From the NCBI GenBank assembly GCA_000708835.1, contig DF237221.1:1-64000 (forward strand): DNA of 64,000 nucleotides, in the 5' to 3' direction. This document shows, piece by piece, positions 1 to 12,164 of the stretch (position 1 is its first letter; each line of letters begins with the position of its first letter). Origin of the DNA: Klebsormidium nitens (taxonomy: Eukaryota; Plantae; Klebsormidiophyceae). Below the pieces are notes generated by a model. That model did no database searches. It saw nothing but the letters and a program-made list of their open reading frames with translations, and was not told the origin of the DNA. A program made the translations under genes and the position numbers.

Positions 1-381
1 GTCCAACCGTCACAGGTTGCCTCTAGAAGTAGATCTCGGCGTATACGCCTCGATTTGCTTGCGGTAGTCCTATGCTCTTTTGGGGATCTGTAGGAGCATA
101 GGATGAGAACCATCGACACAACCCCTATCCGTACCGGTAAAACGGTCGGATCGTATAATAACACCATCTCCCTTTGACTCGAACCGAGTGAACTCCGTAT
201 TCATGAAAGGATTGCATTGAAAAGGACCACCTCTCTCGGAGCAGGAGGTTTGCTTGTAGTGCTCAATTCGCTGTTGTAGAAAACAAGGCTGGTCGGGAAG
301 AGGCTGTGACGGTGTAAGATCAGGCACTTGTTTCCTCTCTTTGCAGTCTTCACCAGTTGACTGGAGTTGGAGGCATCCAAA

Positions 382-3300
382 ATGGGTTCCATTGAGGCGG
401 TCCAGTTTAAAAGAGCTAAGGTGAAAGCAGAGGTTGAGGCTCTTTCACAGGAGATCGAGAGAGCAAAGAAAAAGCTCGAGAATGCAGAGAACGCTGGCAA
501 TGCAGAAGCTGTGCATCGGTGGGGTACAGAGCTACAGCAGCTGCGAGAAAAGGAGAACGAGCTGCGCAAGAAGGAGAACAAGCTGCTGGACAAGGAAGCT
601 CGGTTGGAGTCTGCAGGTGTGTCTCCCTACCTCTGGAGCATGTTGACTATCTTGTGCAGTGGCTTCAGAGGAACTGTGCAAAATAGCAAGCAGGTGAGTG
701 CACCTGCTCAGAGTGTACATCCTCTGAATCATCACACGGAGGAGCAGCTCCAGCCAGCAGGTAGGATGTGCCACTTGCTTTCCTTTTTGAGAGTCAAAGG
801 CAACGCAGAAGAATTGATCCAATAGAACAACAGGCTGCCAAGTTCTCACGGCAGTCAGACCTGTGTATTTCTTATCGCGCATGCCTGCTATGCGGCAGAG
901 TGCTGGAGATTTCTAGTTCATGGTAGCTCAGTGATTCACACCACCCCTCCAGTGTGTTGGTGCTTGTTTGGAGTATGTCCCTCTGCTTCCCGGGTTGTTT
1001 CAACTGTCAGGCCAGGATGACTTCACATTTTCCCTGAGCTGAGTGTCCGTTATGTGAGGGGCGTGGCAGGAGCATAGATCATTCAGGTTGTCAAATTACT
1101 TCCCTCTCGAGCTTGATGTCTGCCAGCATTTTGCAAAGGTTATGGTTATGTACACGCTGAAGGTCTTTTCAGGCTGGAACAAAACATAGTCAATGTAGGA
1201 TCATTCTCGAGCTTGACGTTGTGTGAGCATCTTCCAGTGCTTTATTTTGGTGCAATATTAATATCGTACCTTTCTGTCATTTAACAGTTGAGCACACACC
1301 CCTAACTGCAGAGAAAGCAGCTGAAGTTGGCATTCGTATGGCTGGTTCCTGCTTAGCACATCGTCGCATGCTTCAGCTTCTTCCTGCAATATAACAAAAT
1401 TGGCGCAACATCGCTGGTCGCAAAATGAGCAGCACAGGAAGTTTGTCGAGTGTTTAGACAAATTGCACTCTTCAGTAGAAACCTGCACGTTTGAGCAGGT
1501 TGTTGCGGCTCAGTCAGCTTGGACATTTGCCTCAACATCAGCACCTGTGAAGTGGCAAGCATGCATCTTCTTTTCTGCCACTCATCCAGTCTCTTCAGCA
1601 AAGGTTGCTTGCGTCGGTGCAGAAAACAAAAGTTTAGGCAGAGTTCCCGCTGATGCTTTTATCTTACCCTCGGCAAGTGCTCTGCTTTGAATGGCAGCGG
1701 TTTTTCGCGCAAGGAAGTGACTCAGCTGTTGTAAATTCCCTACAGGCATCCTGCTCAGAGGCAGAGTTTGCTGGTCAACTAGAACTCCAGGATCATCATT
1801 TTGAGGGTTGAGCATGTGAGGGTTGAACATGTGTTAGAAAGAGTATGCTGGTTGGCTAGTTGTTGAGGAACTCTCGGTCCTGTCATTTGCAGGGCCAACT
1901 TCTGGCGGCAGCAATAAGGGAAGCAACATTGACATCTGTGCACGGCTTCTGGGCAAAGTCAACCAGTGGGACGAAGAGGGAGCGCTTAAGCTGTCAGCTG
2001 CGGAGTTTGGAGAGAAGCTGCTAGCGAGTTCTGGCCCCCTTCCTGCATCGCCACAATTGTACGACCTCATGAAGGATGAAGATGAGCGTTTGGGCGACAT
2101 GCTCAAGCTCGAAGGCGATTGCCACCTTGTCCGGAACATTTCCGGTCTGCTGGATAAGGCCGAACCCACTGCAGGCAAGTTCTGTGCTGTCCTGGTCTCA
2201 CTTTATATCGTCTCTGGTTGTTCTAAAATTGCGCGGCTAGCAAGTCGGAAGCTGAGGTGTTCACTACCTGAGCTGCAACATCCTGAGCTTTACGGGTCCT
2301 ACAAAGAAGCTTGTGCTGCATGAGTTTTTGAAGCATTCTATCATCGCCTGCTGAGCGTTTGTTGGGCTGCTGCCTTGCCTGCTCCAGGGCAGAAAGAGAA
2401 AGCAACCTCGTTCAATGTGATGCGGTTTCTGAGCGTGCTTCGGCGTTTGGCGGAGTATGCTCCAGACACATCTGAAACTCCGATTAGAACCTTTCTGGGA
2501 CCGAGCTGAGAGACGCGTGTCCCGATCAGTCACGCAGGTATGTTTGATCATTTTTAAAATTATGGTTTCACGATCTTGGCAGGGTTGTTCATGCGATTGT
2601 ATGCCTACAGGATTTGTTGAGGAGGACACCAAGCTCTAGAGGTTTAGGTTGCTTTGAAGGAGTATTGATCTGGTCTGTCTGATTTTGTTACCTTTTGGGT
2701 TGCTTTGAAGGAGTATTGTTCTGGTCTGCCAGATTCAAATGTGTCCGATTATGTTACCTGTTTCTCAAAAGTGAGTGGTTAGTGTTGGCTGACAGATTGC
2801 CTGCTGCGCATGCAGTCGCAAGGGACACCCGTGCGACCAGACACTCATCTCGTCGCGGAGAAGCTGTCCCTGTTTTTCGGGGAGGACAAGGTAGAGGACG
2901 ACGAGCTCAAAGACGTCTGGGACGACCATGTGAGGAAACTCAAAGGCGGCCTGAACCATGTCGCGTATGGCAGGGTGCCTTTTGTCCCGGTGTATGCTGC
3001 TGCGGGCAACCTCCTACAGTTCGGAAGGCTGTGTTCGGACGGGCAGGTTGGTATCAGTCTCAAGCCGTCAGGCCTCTCTTTTCAACTCATGCCAGCGGGA
3101 CATTCCATCTTCTTCACTGGTCTTAATGTTAATCCTGCGGACCATCAAGGGAGTGCGTAAAACCGCCTTCAATTTTCGTACTGCCCACCTTGTCTGGATT
3201 GTCTAGATTACATGAGCAGGAACTCTATGTCAGGTTGGCCTCACCAGGAGAAAGGATACTGTTCTTCATTCCTTCTTGAGAGACTGTCTTTCTGCATCCG

Positions 3301-5199
3301 TCAACAGAGGGGTCTTCTCTCAATAACACTTTTCAAAAGGCACACGTTTCAAAAAGCAGGAAGAACAGTCAGTCTTCATTCAAAGTTTGCAACGAATAAC
3401 CCCCTAAGACCTTCTGTTCACAGTGTGTTATCAATCACAGGTAGAGCGCGCTGGTCGGGTGTACGACTGGACTCCCAAAGAGACCGCATCGCGATCGTGA
3501 CTGCTCTGGTCAATGTGTACAAGCTGTTTGCCGCCCTCATCAAATTGGCCCCGAAAGAACATGAGCGCTTTTCCATCTTCGAAAGCATCCCCCGACCGAA
3601 TGGAACGACAATCCTGATCTGCCCTGCGACTGTTGAGAAAACGATTACGAACAGCGAGGCCTTTTTTGAGAGCATCGGCAACGACTGCGAGACGGTCAAG
3701 GTGAGGTGTTTGGCTGACAAGCTGTCAGCCAATATGCAGAGCCAATGAGCATTTAAATCTCGATCTCAATCTTTACAATTTCTGGACTGTATCGGCTCAA
3801 CTGACCTGTGCACAATTTGCAAATCAACAGTCTGGAAGATCGGTAGGACCGCCCTGCCGGGGCCTTGTCTTTTGGAACCTTTCAGGCATGCTGAAGGCCC
3901 ATGGTAAAATTGCAAATGAGGGGTGTCATATGCTGCTGACACAAGTCGGCCAGTATTATATGTTAACATATATTCTTTAAGTTGTTTTCGTGCTTTATTG
4001 AGCTTTCATGCCTCAGCGAGCTGCATGTCCGAGTCAAGGAGTTTGTGAAATAGCACAAAGGCTTGTATGATCGAGCAGGAAACGAAGAGCACTGACCAGT
4101 GCCTTCTCCTCTGGATCCTAGCAGGCGGCCTACGAGCTCACGGATGGACATGCGCACGCAGTCTCGCATCAGAGTATCGGGAACGTCAAGGGTAGAAAAC
4201 GGTCCAGCACTGACAACCCGCTGTTGACATACAAGGTAATTTTGGACTTGGAGCAGTGTTCCTGCAAGATTGCTTGATGGTTCAGAGCTTTGTTCAGGGT
4301 GTCCTGATTTTGTATGTTGCGGTGTCTATCATGCTTATTTGGATGACCTTCCATGAAGAATTTTGAAGGGGCCATCCAGGAAAGTCTCGTTGACCTTTGC
4401 ACTTAGCCCCTGGCAGTGAGCTTCTTCGCTGTGGCTACCACTGTTTTTGGAGCACTGCCTGTCCCTCTGTGCAGGTCACTCTCAGTCGTCTGGGTTATGG
4501 CATCAAGGACGTCAATGAGCTGAGCGAAAGCGACCTCAAAAAAGCTGTCCGTGCCATCCTGGAGGTCTGCCGACTGTTTGCTACTGCGAAGCTCGGCCAC
4601 TGCGATTTCCGGATTTCCAACGTTCTTTGGGACCCGGAACCCTTCGTCATAGACTTCGAGGCTGCGCACAAGCTCCCATGGAAGGTAGGCTTATCTCAAA
4701 TCGTTCGTTCTGCTGAAGACGTTTGGTGGATCTCTGCTCGCTGTTTGCTTGCTTCTTGCTTGCTTCTTGCCCTCATCTCTTTTCTGCTGAAAAGGTCTGG
4801 CTTTGTTGTGAAGTACTTGCACTTTTTGAGCTGGCCACTTTGTGAGCTTACCACGAAAGACCTCTGAAAGCCCCAGATTGGAGCGCGGAGTGCGCACTCA
4901 CCTTTAAAAGATTGTGGGTCTAAGTTGAGAGTCTCCATCGTGGAGTCTTTGTCTACGCAAATATGCAGTAACCCCCGCTGCTGTCGCAGGTGCCAAACGG
5001 GTTCCAGCACTTCACGGATTGGGACGCCGGGACGCTGTCGAGATCAGGGCAGTACACAGCCAAGAGCGACGTCTACCAAGTAGGCATAATCATGGAAAAG
5101 TACAAGGACTTGTCGGCAGAGGGCAGGAGATTTGCAGCCACTCTTAAAAGCAAAAAGGTAGAGGCAGAAGTTGCTTTGAAAGACCCCTACTTTGCTTGA
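382..5199 (+). CDS. Crinkler (CRN/CR)-like multi-exon protein: coiled-coil header, REase-like domain and minimal kinase domain; possibly disrupted
   Basis: ATG 382 begins a coiled-coil exon (EVEALSQEIERAKKKLE...LREKENELRKKE). Later exons read RPDTHLVAEKLSLFFGEDK...YGRVPFVPVYAAAG (2816-3050, resembling the RPD...GEEK...YG..PY...YAA.G core of CR REases), GHCDFRISNVLWDPEPFVIDFE (kinase catalytic loop and DFE, about 4590-4660) and SDVYQVG...ALKDPYFA* (to 5199). GT/GC-AG boundaries flank the exons. The 2388-2537 segment has stops in all three frames. Confidence 0.65.
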
Positions 5200-6305
5200 A
5201 AGTACAAAGCCGCTTCTCATTTAAAGTCGTAGGATGGGCGCTGGCAAAGCACGCACAAATCGGCAGCAGATTGGGATGCACACCTGTGGTTGTCAGACCT
5301 TTGTGTCTTTAGGAAAGTTTTTGATGATAATTCTTGTCGTACATATGATAGAGAGGAAACAACATTCTCGGTTTCTCAAATTCGCGATCTTGTCTCATCA
5401 CGTTGCAGCCGTCTGAGGGTCGCTCCTTCAAATATGCGTTTGCGCTCTAAAATGGATTGGCATGGTCGCATGCAGTTAATCTGCACCAAACGTTCTATAC
5501 ATTGAAGTTCATAAGTTTGTGCAAATCGTCTAAGGTTCTTTCCAGCACCCACAATGGCGCCAACGAATCGCTCAGCATCGTCGCAAAGGGCCGGGGTACC
5601 TATTACAGCGTGTAAGCTGCAATCGGTTGGCAATCATGGTTGCATATGTGCAGTATAGTTGTGATCTAGCCTAGAGTGCGGACTCCTGCACGCACATTTA
5701 CTATGCTGATTATTTTGCCCATCCGCCGACTCCGCATATGCAATAGCGAGTTCGCTGATGCCTATATAGCCAGAAGGTCCATCAGCGAGCCAACCGCTGT
5801 GATTGTTGGCATAAAATGGAATTCAACCACAGTGCGTCACGTGTCCCCCCACCCGGCCAGAACAGCTACCGGGATGGTCATCCTGCAGCCAAGTTGCCCC
5901 TCCCCAGTGGGCTGGGTATAAGACTTTGGGGTTAGTGACCGCCGCCCGTGTACGTACAACTTCGAACCCTAATAGACTTAGTAAAACCACCATTCTAGTC
6001 ACGTGACATGCCAGCTGAACCCTCATCCCGGCTTATCATGTGCAGTCCAGGTTATACACTTGAGGCTCGGCATTATAAGTGAGGCAGTGCCGTCTTTGGA
6101 AATATTCTGATTGCGAGGGTGACAAGTCCAGTCGCCTAACATTGGCCCCTATCCGCCATGGAGACCTGGCTAAGAGCATGCGCCTATTGGCATTCATTGC
6201 TAATTCCACCAAATGCAGTGGGCTCGCAAATACCGGGCTCAATAATCTAATCCCCAAGTGAAACCAATTCTATCAATCGTCATCAACCTAAATCGCGAAA
6301 AGCCA

Positions 6306-9300
6306 TCAGGCGGACATGATGTCAATAGCAGCTCCCAAGGGCCATGCCGCTTCCACCTGCCGCCCATGGTACTTGATTGTCTTGACGAGCGTAATTGATC
6401 GGTCTCCCTCGATGTCTGCGAGGAGCACGATTGAATCTGTCAGACGAAACTGCGTTCGGCAGGACCCTTTGTACTAGAGACGTCCATCTGAAAGCTGAAC
6501 AATCAAACGTCCATCGAGCAGCCGTCAACCTAGATGGTCTGTAACGGCACTTCATGCAACCTAAGCATGAAGCGAAACTTTGGTTTCGCTCAGGCGAAGA
6601 CCTGGCAGCCAGGTTATAAGCACTTTAAAATGGATAGGAAAGGTATGTTTTCGAAACTTACCAAACCCTTTGTTGAGCAGCGTCGCTTGATAAGCAATAT
6701 CCAAGCAAGCGAATGGAGCGTCCGTTTCGGAAACGTGTTTGTACTTGGCCGCAATCTCGGGAAGTGTCAGTTTGCAAATGGCCTCCGCAGCCTTCCCAAA
6801 ATCGGACGGCTTAATGACGGCCACGTCCGCAGCGCTCTCTGGAATGATGCCGAGCTGCAGAAACGAAAGCCACAGCGTGAGACGACAAGTTGCCGTGTTG
6901 ATGCCCACACTTTCAATCATTTGGCTAAAATCCGTCAAAGACCATGTCGGAGGGCCTCGTCCAAAGAAGCTGCGAAACGTGTTGCGACGGTCAGGGAGGT
7001 GAAGATTGGCCAACCCCGAATCCGTATCGCAGAAACGACTTTCTTGAGTTGTACGAAGCCCTCACCAGTCTGCGCGCGGTCTCCGGACTTGCTATTGCTG
7101 GTCGGAAACGCAAACGCAGCGATCAAAACAAAAAGAGGCGTTTGCAGCTTCTAATTGTCTCCCGCTACACTTCGCGTTTTGTGACAATCTGCACGCACTG
7201 TGCCACGTCAACTAAGTCCGGTGATCAAAGGATGCAGAGCGCGCTTGCCCCAAGAGGTGACATTTGAAACCATCACCTGCTGCGCCTGATAACACGAGTA
7301 CCACGCGCAGCGCAAAATTTTCGTTTGCCGTAACGGCCCTCGGCGTCCGGGAGAAAACCCTCATACCGTCATCTGTGCCAACGCCTCACGCAGAAGTATC
7401 ACCGAGAGGACAACCCTTACCTGCTGCGCCCGGTCAAAGAAGTAAGACGCAATATAAAGCTTGTGCGTGCCGTCCCCACCGCCCCCGTGCCACACCCCGT
7501 TGAACGAGCACTTGTCCACGTCGCACGGCGCGTCCAGCTTGAGCGATGCGAGCGCCGACGTGGAGCACTCGTCGTACGACCCGCCCAGCACACGCGCGAC
7601 TGCGTCAAACGTCTTACCGCCGTACTCGTACGAGCCTGCATTCGACGGTGTATGATTTTAGGGTCCTAGAAAGCGATGGATTTGGACCGCAAAGGATGTC
7701 CCTCTCTCTCAAGAAACAATGGTCAGGAACCCTTACGCTGGTGTTGACGACCAATCTTGGGGATCCACTCTAGCACCAAGCTGGCTGAGGTAGTTTTACC
7801 AAGGACGAGGGAAGGTTTACTCCACCCGATGTTGCTCGCTCAAAGCATAGAATCAACACTTGCGCAATCTGTGCCTTGCCCGATAAGGTGCGTGGACCAG
7901 AACAACATTCAGTACTTGCTGATATCGAGAAGTATCGATCAGATCGGTTGGGGTATACACTTCGAACGAGGAATTGAGTGCCCCACCTGTGTAACCCTTC
8001 GGCAGGCATGCGTGCCCCTCTTGCGAGATCTGTGCTGATAGCACCGCAGCGCGTGCCGCCATTAGACCGTAGCCCAAGTAACTGCAGCACAGAAGCAGCA
8101 CCGCAAATCAGATTGGGAACTCTTGACTCCCTAAACGACTGATCAATACAAAGAAGCGTTGATCCGAACCAGGTTCAACATAACCTGGTTTCAGTGAGCT
8201 GATGTACAGAGACTCGAGGTCAATACACGAGCTTTCAAAATTGTAGAAAGTCATGAAGAGAGGGGTAGAGTGTTCACGGGTGGATCGAGTAAAGGCAACT
8301 CCACCTCCAACAGGACAAGAACGTGTTACGTAACGAAATGAGCCGTTCGACTGGTGTACAAGGAGTGTGAGGAGCGCCTTCGAACTTGTCGCTTCAAAAA
8401 ATCTGAGCCTCAGGCATTTAAAGTCAACTCCACGTTCGAAAATACTTGAGTACTTCGACCGTCAAGCCAAAGCTCCCTTCCCGATAGATCGAAGGCCCTT
8501 CACCACCTCCTTCCTTGAGACTGAGCAATCAAACCTGCCCTGTGAGAGGTACATGCTCGTGCTCCAAACTGCATACCTGTGCACGTAGACGTTCCACCTC
8601 ACGCCCTTCCCGTTTACTTCCCGGATGTAGCCAGCAGGTGCGCTCCAAGCAACTTTATCCTCCACGGCATAAGCCATTTGGACCGAGCCGCCCCCCAGGT
8701 CGACGATCCCGACCGTGTCCTTAACCAACTTGTCGGTGTTCCCCAGTAAGTGGTTCACAGTCACCTAAGAAAACGAGGTTTAGGAAAGAAGGTTAGTAAC
8801 GATAAACCGCAGCCGTTTGAGAATATCTTCTGAGCAGAAACGGAGCTAGACTGCAGGCACGGCCTCAAAAAGATGGGATTGGTCGAACATCGGGTGAGAC
8901 TGTCGAGAAGAGCGCTTCTCACGGGAGCTGGGCCCGTGGGGTGTTCCATGCCGAAAAGCACTTTTGGCGCTTTTGCGTCAATGTGACTTTTAATTCTCCG
9001 GTGTCTTAGTACTCGCAACGCTCGAGGTCATTGATAGAGACTCAAAGGTTTGTCCACGAACACAAAAGGTCGCAAGAAATCCCGAAGCTTGTTCGAGCTG
9101 CTATCCAGACCCTTCCTCACATGCATCAACAGTCAATGGGCAAATACGTCGGCCTTTGCATTTGGAGCTCACCCACGCAAAGGCGCCTTCGTCAGCACCG
9201 TCCATAATAGCGACCGAGTCCTTGGCACACCGGAAGGGGTACTCCTTGAGAACATGCCGAACCTGGGACAAAAGACGAGAACGCTGATACACCAAGTGAA

Positions 9301-10929
9301 AAAGGCTGGAGATCGCCAGTGTACCTACGAACCTACGGCTCCTGACAGATTTGCGGCAGGTTCAAGAGGACTCTTCGGTCTGGGTTCTTATGTCCTTTGC
9401 GAAGACGTGTATGATCAGCAGCTTTGAATCAGCCTGGTGAATTGGAAAGGATTGTTACGGGGTTGCGTCCCGACCCAATGCTCTTGCAAGCTCTTGCCAT
9501 GTCCGAACTTACACAGAGAGTTACAAGCGAATTATTCCCCCGAAGAGTCCCTGCTTGTGAGACTTCCCCAACTTACATTCCTGCTGCTTTTGTCCGCATA
9601 GCCTCAACACATAATCAAATGCACTGTGGCAGCGGGAGCCTCAAAGACAGCTTCGACTCTCGCAGGTGCATCCAGTCGACTCTGATGTGAGCATAAGCAA
9701 GAACGAAGATACTTCATAATCTGTGTAAGCAAGAATGGAGGCGCTAGTGATGCTGACCTCTTCAAGCAGTTCCTCAGCAGTAGCTTCGGAAAGCAGACGA
9801 AGCCCAGCTGTTGCCTGCACAAGACATGGTGGGAGCCACTTCGAAGAGTTTTCAAGTGGATTGCGAATTGAAACTGCTATGCAATGGCGGTGCTCAGAAT
9901 CCTGGCCCACGAACCTTGAATGCGTAACATTGTCCACGCTATTCCTAAAGGTCTCCTCTGGTTCTGTATGATATGAAGCATCAGCGGAAAGAACCAATTG
10001 CTGCGTGCAGCAGTGAGATACTTTCTCTGATCCAAAAGTGTCGACTCTCTTTAAAGAAGCTTGAAGTGCGGATGACTTTGGAGCTCAAGGAGAGAACTTT
10101 CAAGGCTCTGCACGACTCACCGCAACACGCACGGGGGTCTTGCTCTGCAGATCTTTGGGTACAACCGCAAGCGCCTTGGCGAGCAGCGGCCGGATGGACT
10201 CCCCAGCCCCCTTGGGGTCATCTTTGTAGGCGCTGAGACCAGGCGTTACCTGATGAGAGGGCCCTGTTATTTCCATGCTTGGAAGCAGTACGTATGTGAT
10301 CTTGAGCGCAAGTTAACCGCAGACTGATTTACGATGCTCAATTGGTGGTGGTCAAAGAGCGTCATTGCAATGTACTGACTGGGTTTTTGCACAGACTAGT
10401 CAGATTTCATCAGAAGCTTTCAAATTTACAAAATGGGTAGAAGCAGGGCTTCCAACTGACCAGCTACCAGCACCTCTGAAGTTACTCAAGAGTCATTTTA
10501 TGAATCTTGGACATCCAACAGAAAAGAGGCCAGCTTGGCAACACCAATTATGCACCACTTTGTGATAAATTTGTTAGCCCCGGCAGAACTGTCAGCTGCT
10601 CAAGCTGCTCAAAATGCCCCCACCTTTTCAAAGAGCTCAAACTCGCCGTTGATCTCCATCAGGTCCATGTGCTCATCAAACCTGTACACGTGTACTCGTG
10701 TTCCCGTGCTCCCGGCATCGAATACAACCGCGTACCGCTCCGCCGTCAGCTTGAACTCCTCCTTGGTCTCCTTCACAACCGTCTTACTTTCCCGGTACCC
10801 TTCTAGCGGAGCGCTCCGAGGCATCATAAGAAGCACAACCGCAACCAGGAGCAGAGGCACCGAGATCACCAGAAACACCCCCCGTAGTCTGAACATCTTC
10901 TCCTTCAGAGACTCTGGCCTCCTCCTCAT
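6306..10929 (-). CDS. APY: Apyrase / NTPDase (GDA1-CD39 family), APY1/APY2-like type II membrane protein, multi-exon
   Basis: Start [11 protein letters not shown] followed by an N-terminal TM segment ([19 protein letters not shown]). Apyrase conserved regions seen: [72 protein letters not shown], and a final exon [16 protein letters not shown] (stop 6306-6308). Confidence 0.95.
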
Positions 10930-12164
10930 TGTCGATGGCAGCTGTGGGGCCAAAGGAGTGGCCTCCAGATCCTGAGACGGATCCAGCTGAGAGGAGGAGC
11001 CTGCACGGCGGGCGAGCGAGGACGCCCCCCGCTCCAGCCTGGACCCGCTTCTCTACCGAGGGGTTCAAGCTGAATGCTCAATTTAAGCTGGCAAACGAGC
11101 AATGCAACTGGCGAATGAACCACCAGAAACACAGAGTCAGCCACTGGACCCTGACAACTCAAATCCAGACGTGCAAAGGCTCTATACCACGTAGGGTCTA
11201 GAAATTCTCTGTCCCCTGCTGACACCTTTGAATGAGCTGACTGGTTGAGCTTGTTCGGAGTGCGGTCTCCAACGGACTCCCGCCAAAGACAGATTTTGCC
11301 TATGACGGCTGATCCCAAGCGTGGCAATGAGCGCACAGGCCTTTGGAGCTCCAATGAAGGGTTTGCGAGAGCGATACATCCACATTCGGACTGCAGCCCG
11401 CCTCCCAGCAGGAAGATCGTATGGCTTGAGCTGTGCCTCAGCGTGACTGAACCAGCGACTTACCAGGATCTAACAGAAAGCAGCACCAGATGGGATGCCA
11501 CAACAAACTCTATCAAGCTCCGGCGCTGTGCAGACCTACAATGCAACAGCACATCTTCTCAACGCAGGCCAATGTGTGCTTCCGAACCCAGTGCTTCTTG
11601 GAGCGCCCTACAGCAAGTGTCCCATCTTTTTGATTAATGACGATCAATGACAATCAGGTTGACCAAAGATCTGGACAGACTGAGAGAGGAGCATGAGCAC
11701 GAGGAAACCGCTTGCACCAGGACTAAGTGTGAACGGCCGCTTGGTCCCTTGCCGGAGTGAGCAACCTCAAGCAACAGCAAGGAACGCCGAGCCCGTAGGA
11801 GGTATCCGGGCAGCCAAAAAATGCTATTATCATTCCCCTTTGTGACCGGCTCACAGAGAACCGGGTGTATCAAAGCTTCCCCTTTGCCGTACCGCCATAG
11901 AAACCGGCAAAGGAAGGCATGTTCCCACCTGGAGCCTGGCAGGCAGGCAGCAGGCGGCAGGATCTATTGAAGCCCAGCTCGTAGTGTCGGAAGCTGTGGC
12001 AGGAACTTTTTGCAGCCCTTGTTGCACCTTGTTGGCGCAAAGGTTATCTCCCTTGCGAGTGGACTCCATTTTCTTGAAGGACTGCATTGAAAAGTACCGC
12101 GGCTCTCGAGCAGGAGGTTAGCTTGTGGTGCTCGTTTCGCCGTTGTAGGAAACCTCAGTGCCAG

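Noticed and set aside
1802-2732. Small direct duplications in introns (1802-1833; 2647-2729, period 51)
   Set aside because: Ordinary local tandem duplications not overlapping a splice site; useful only as background for the echo hypothesis.
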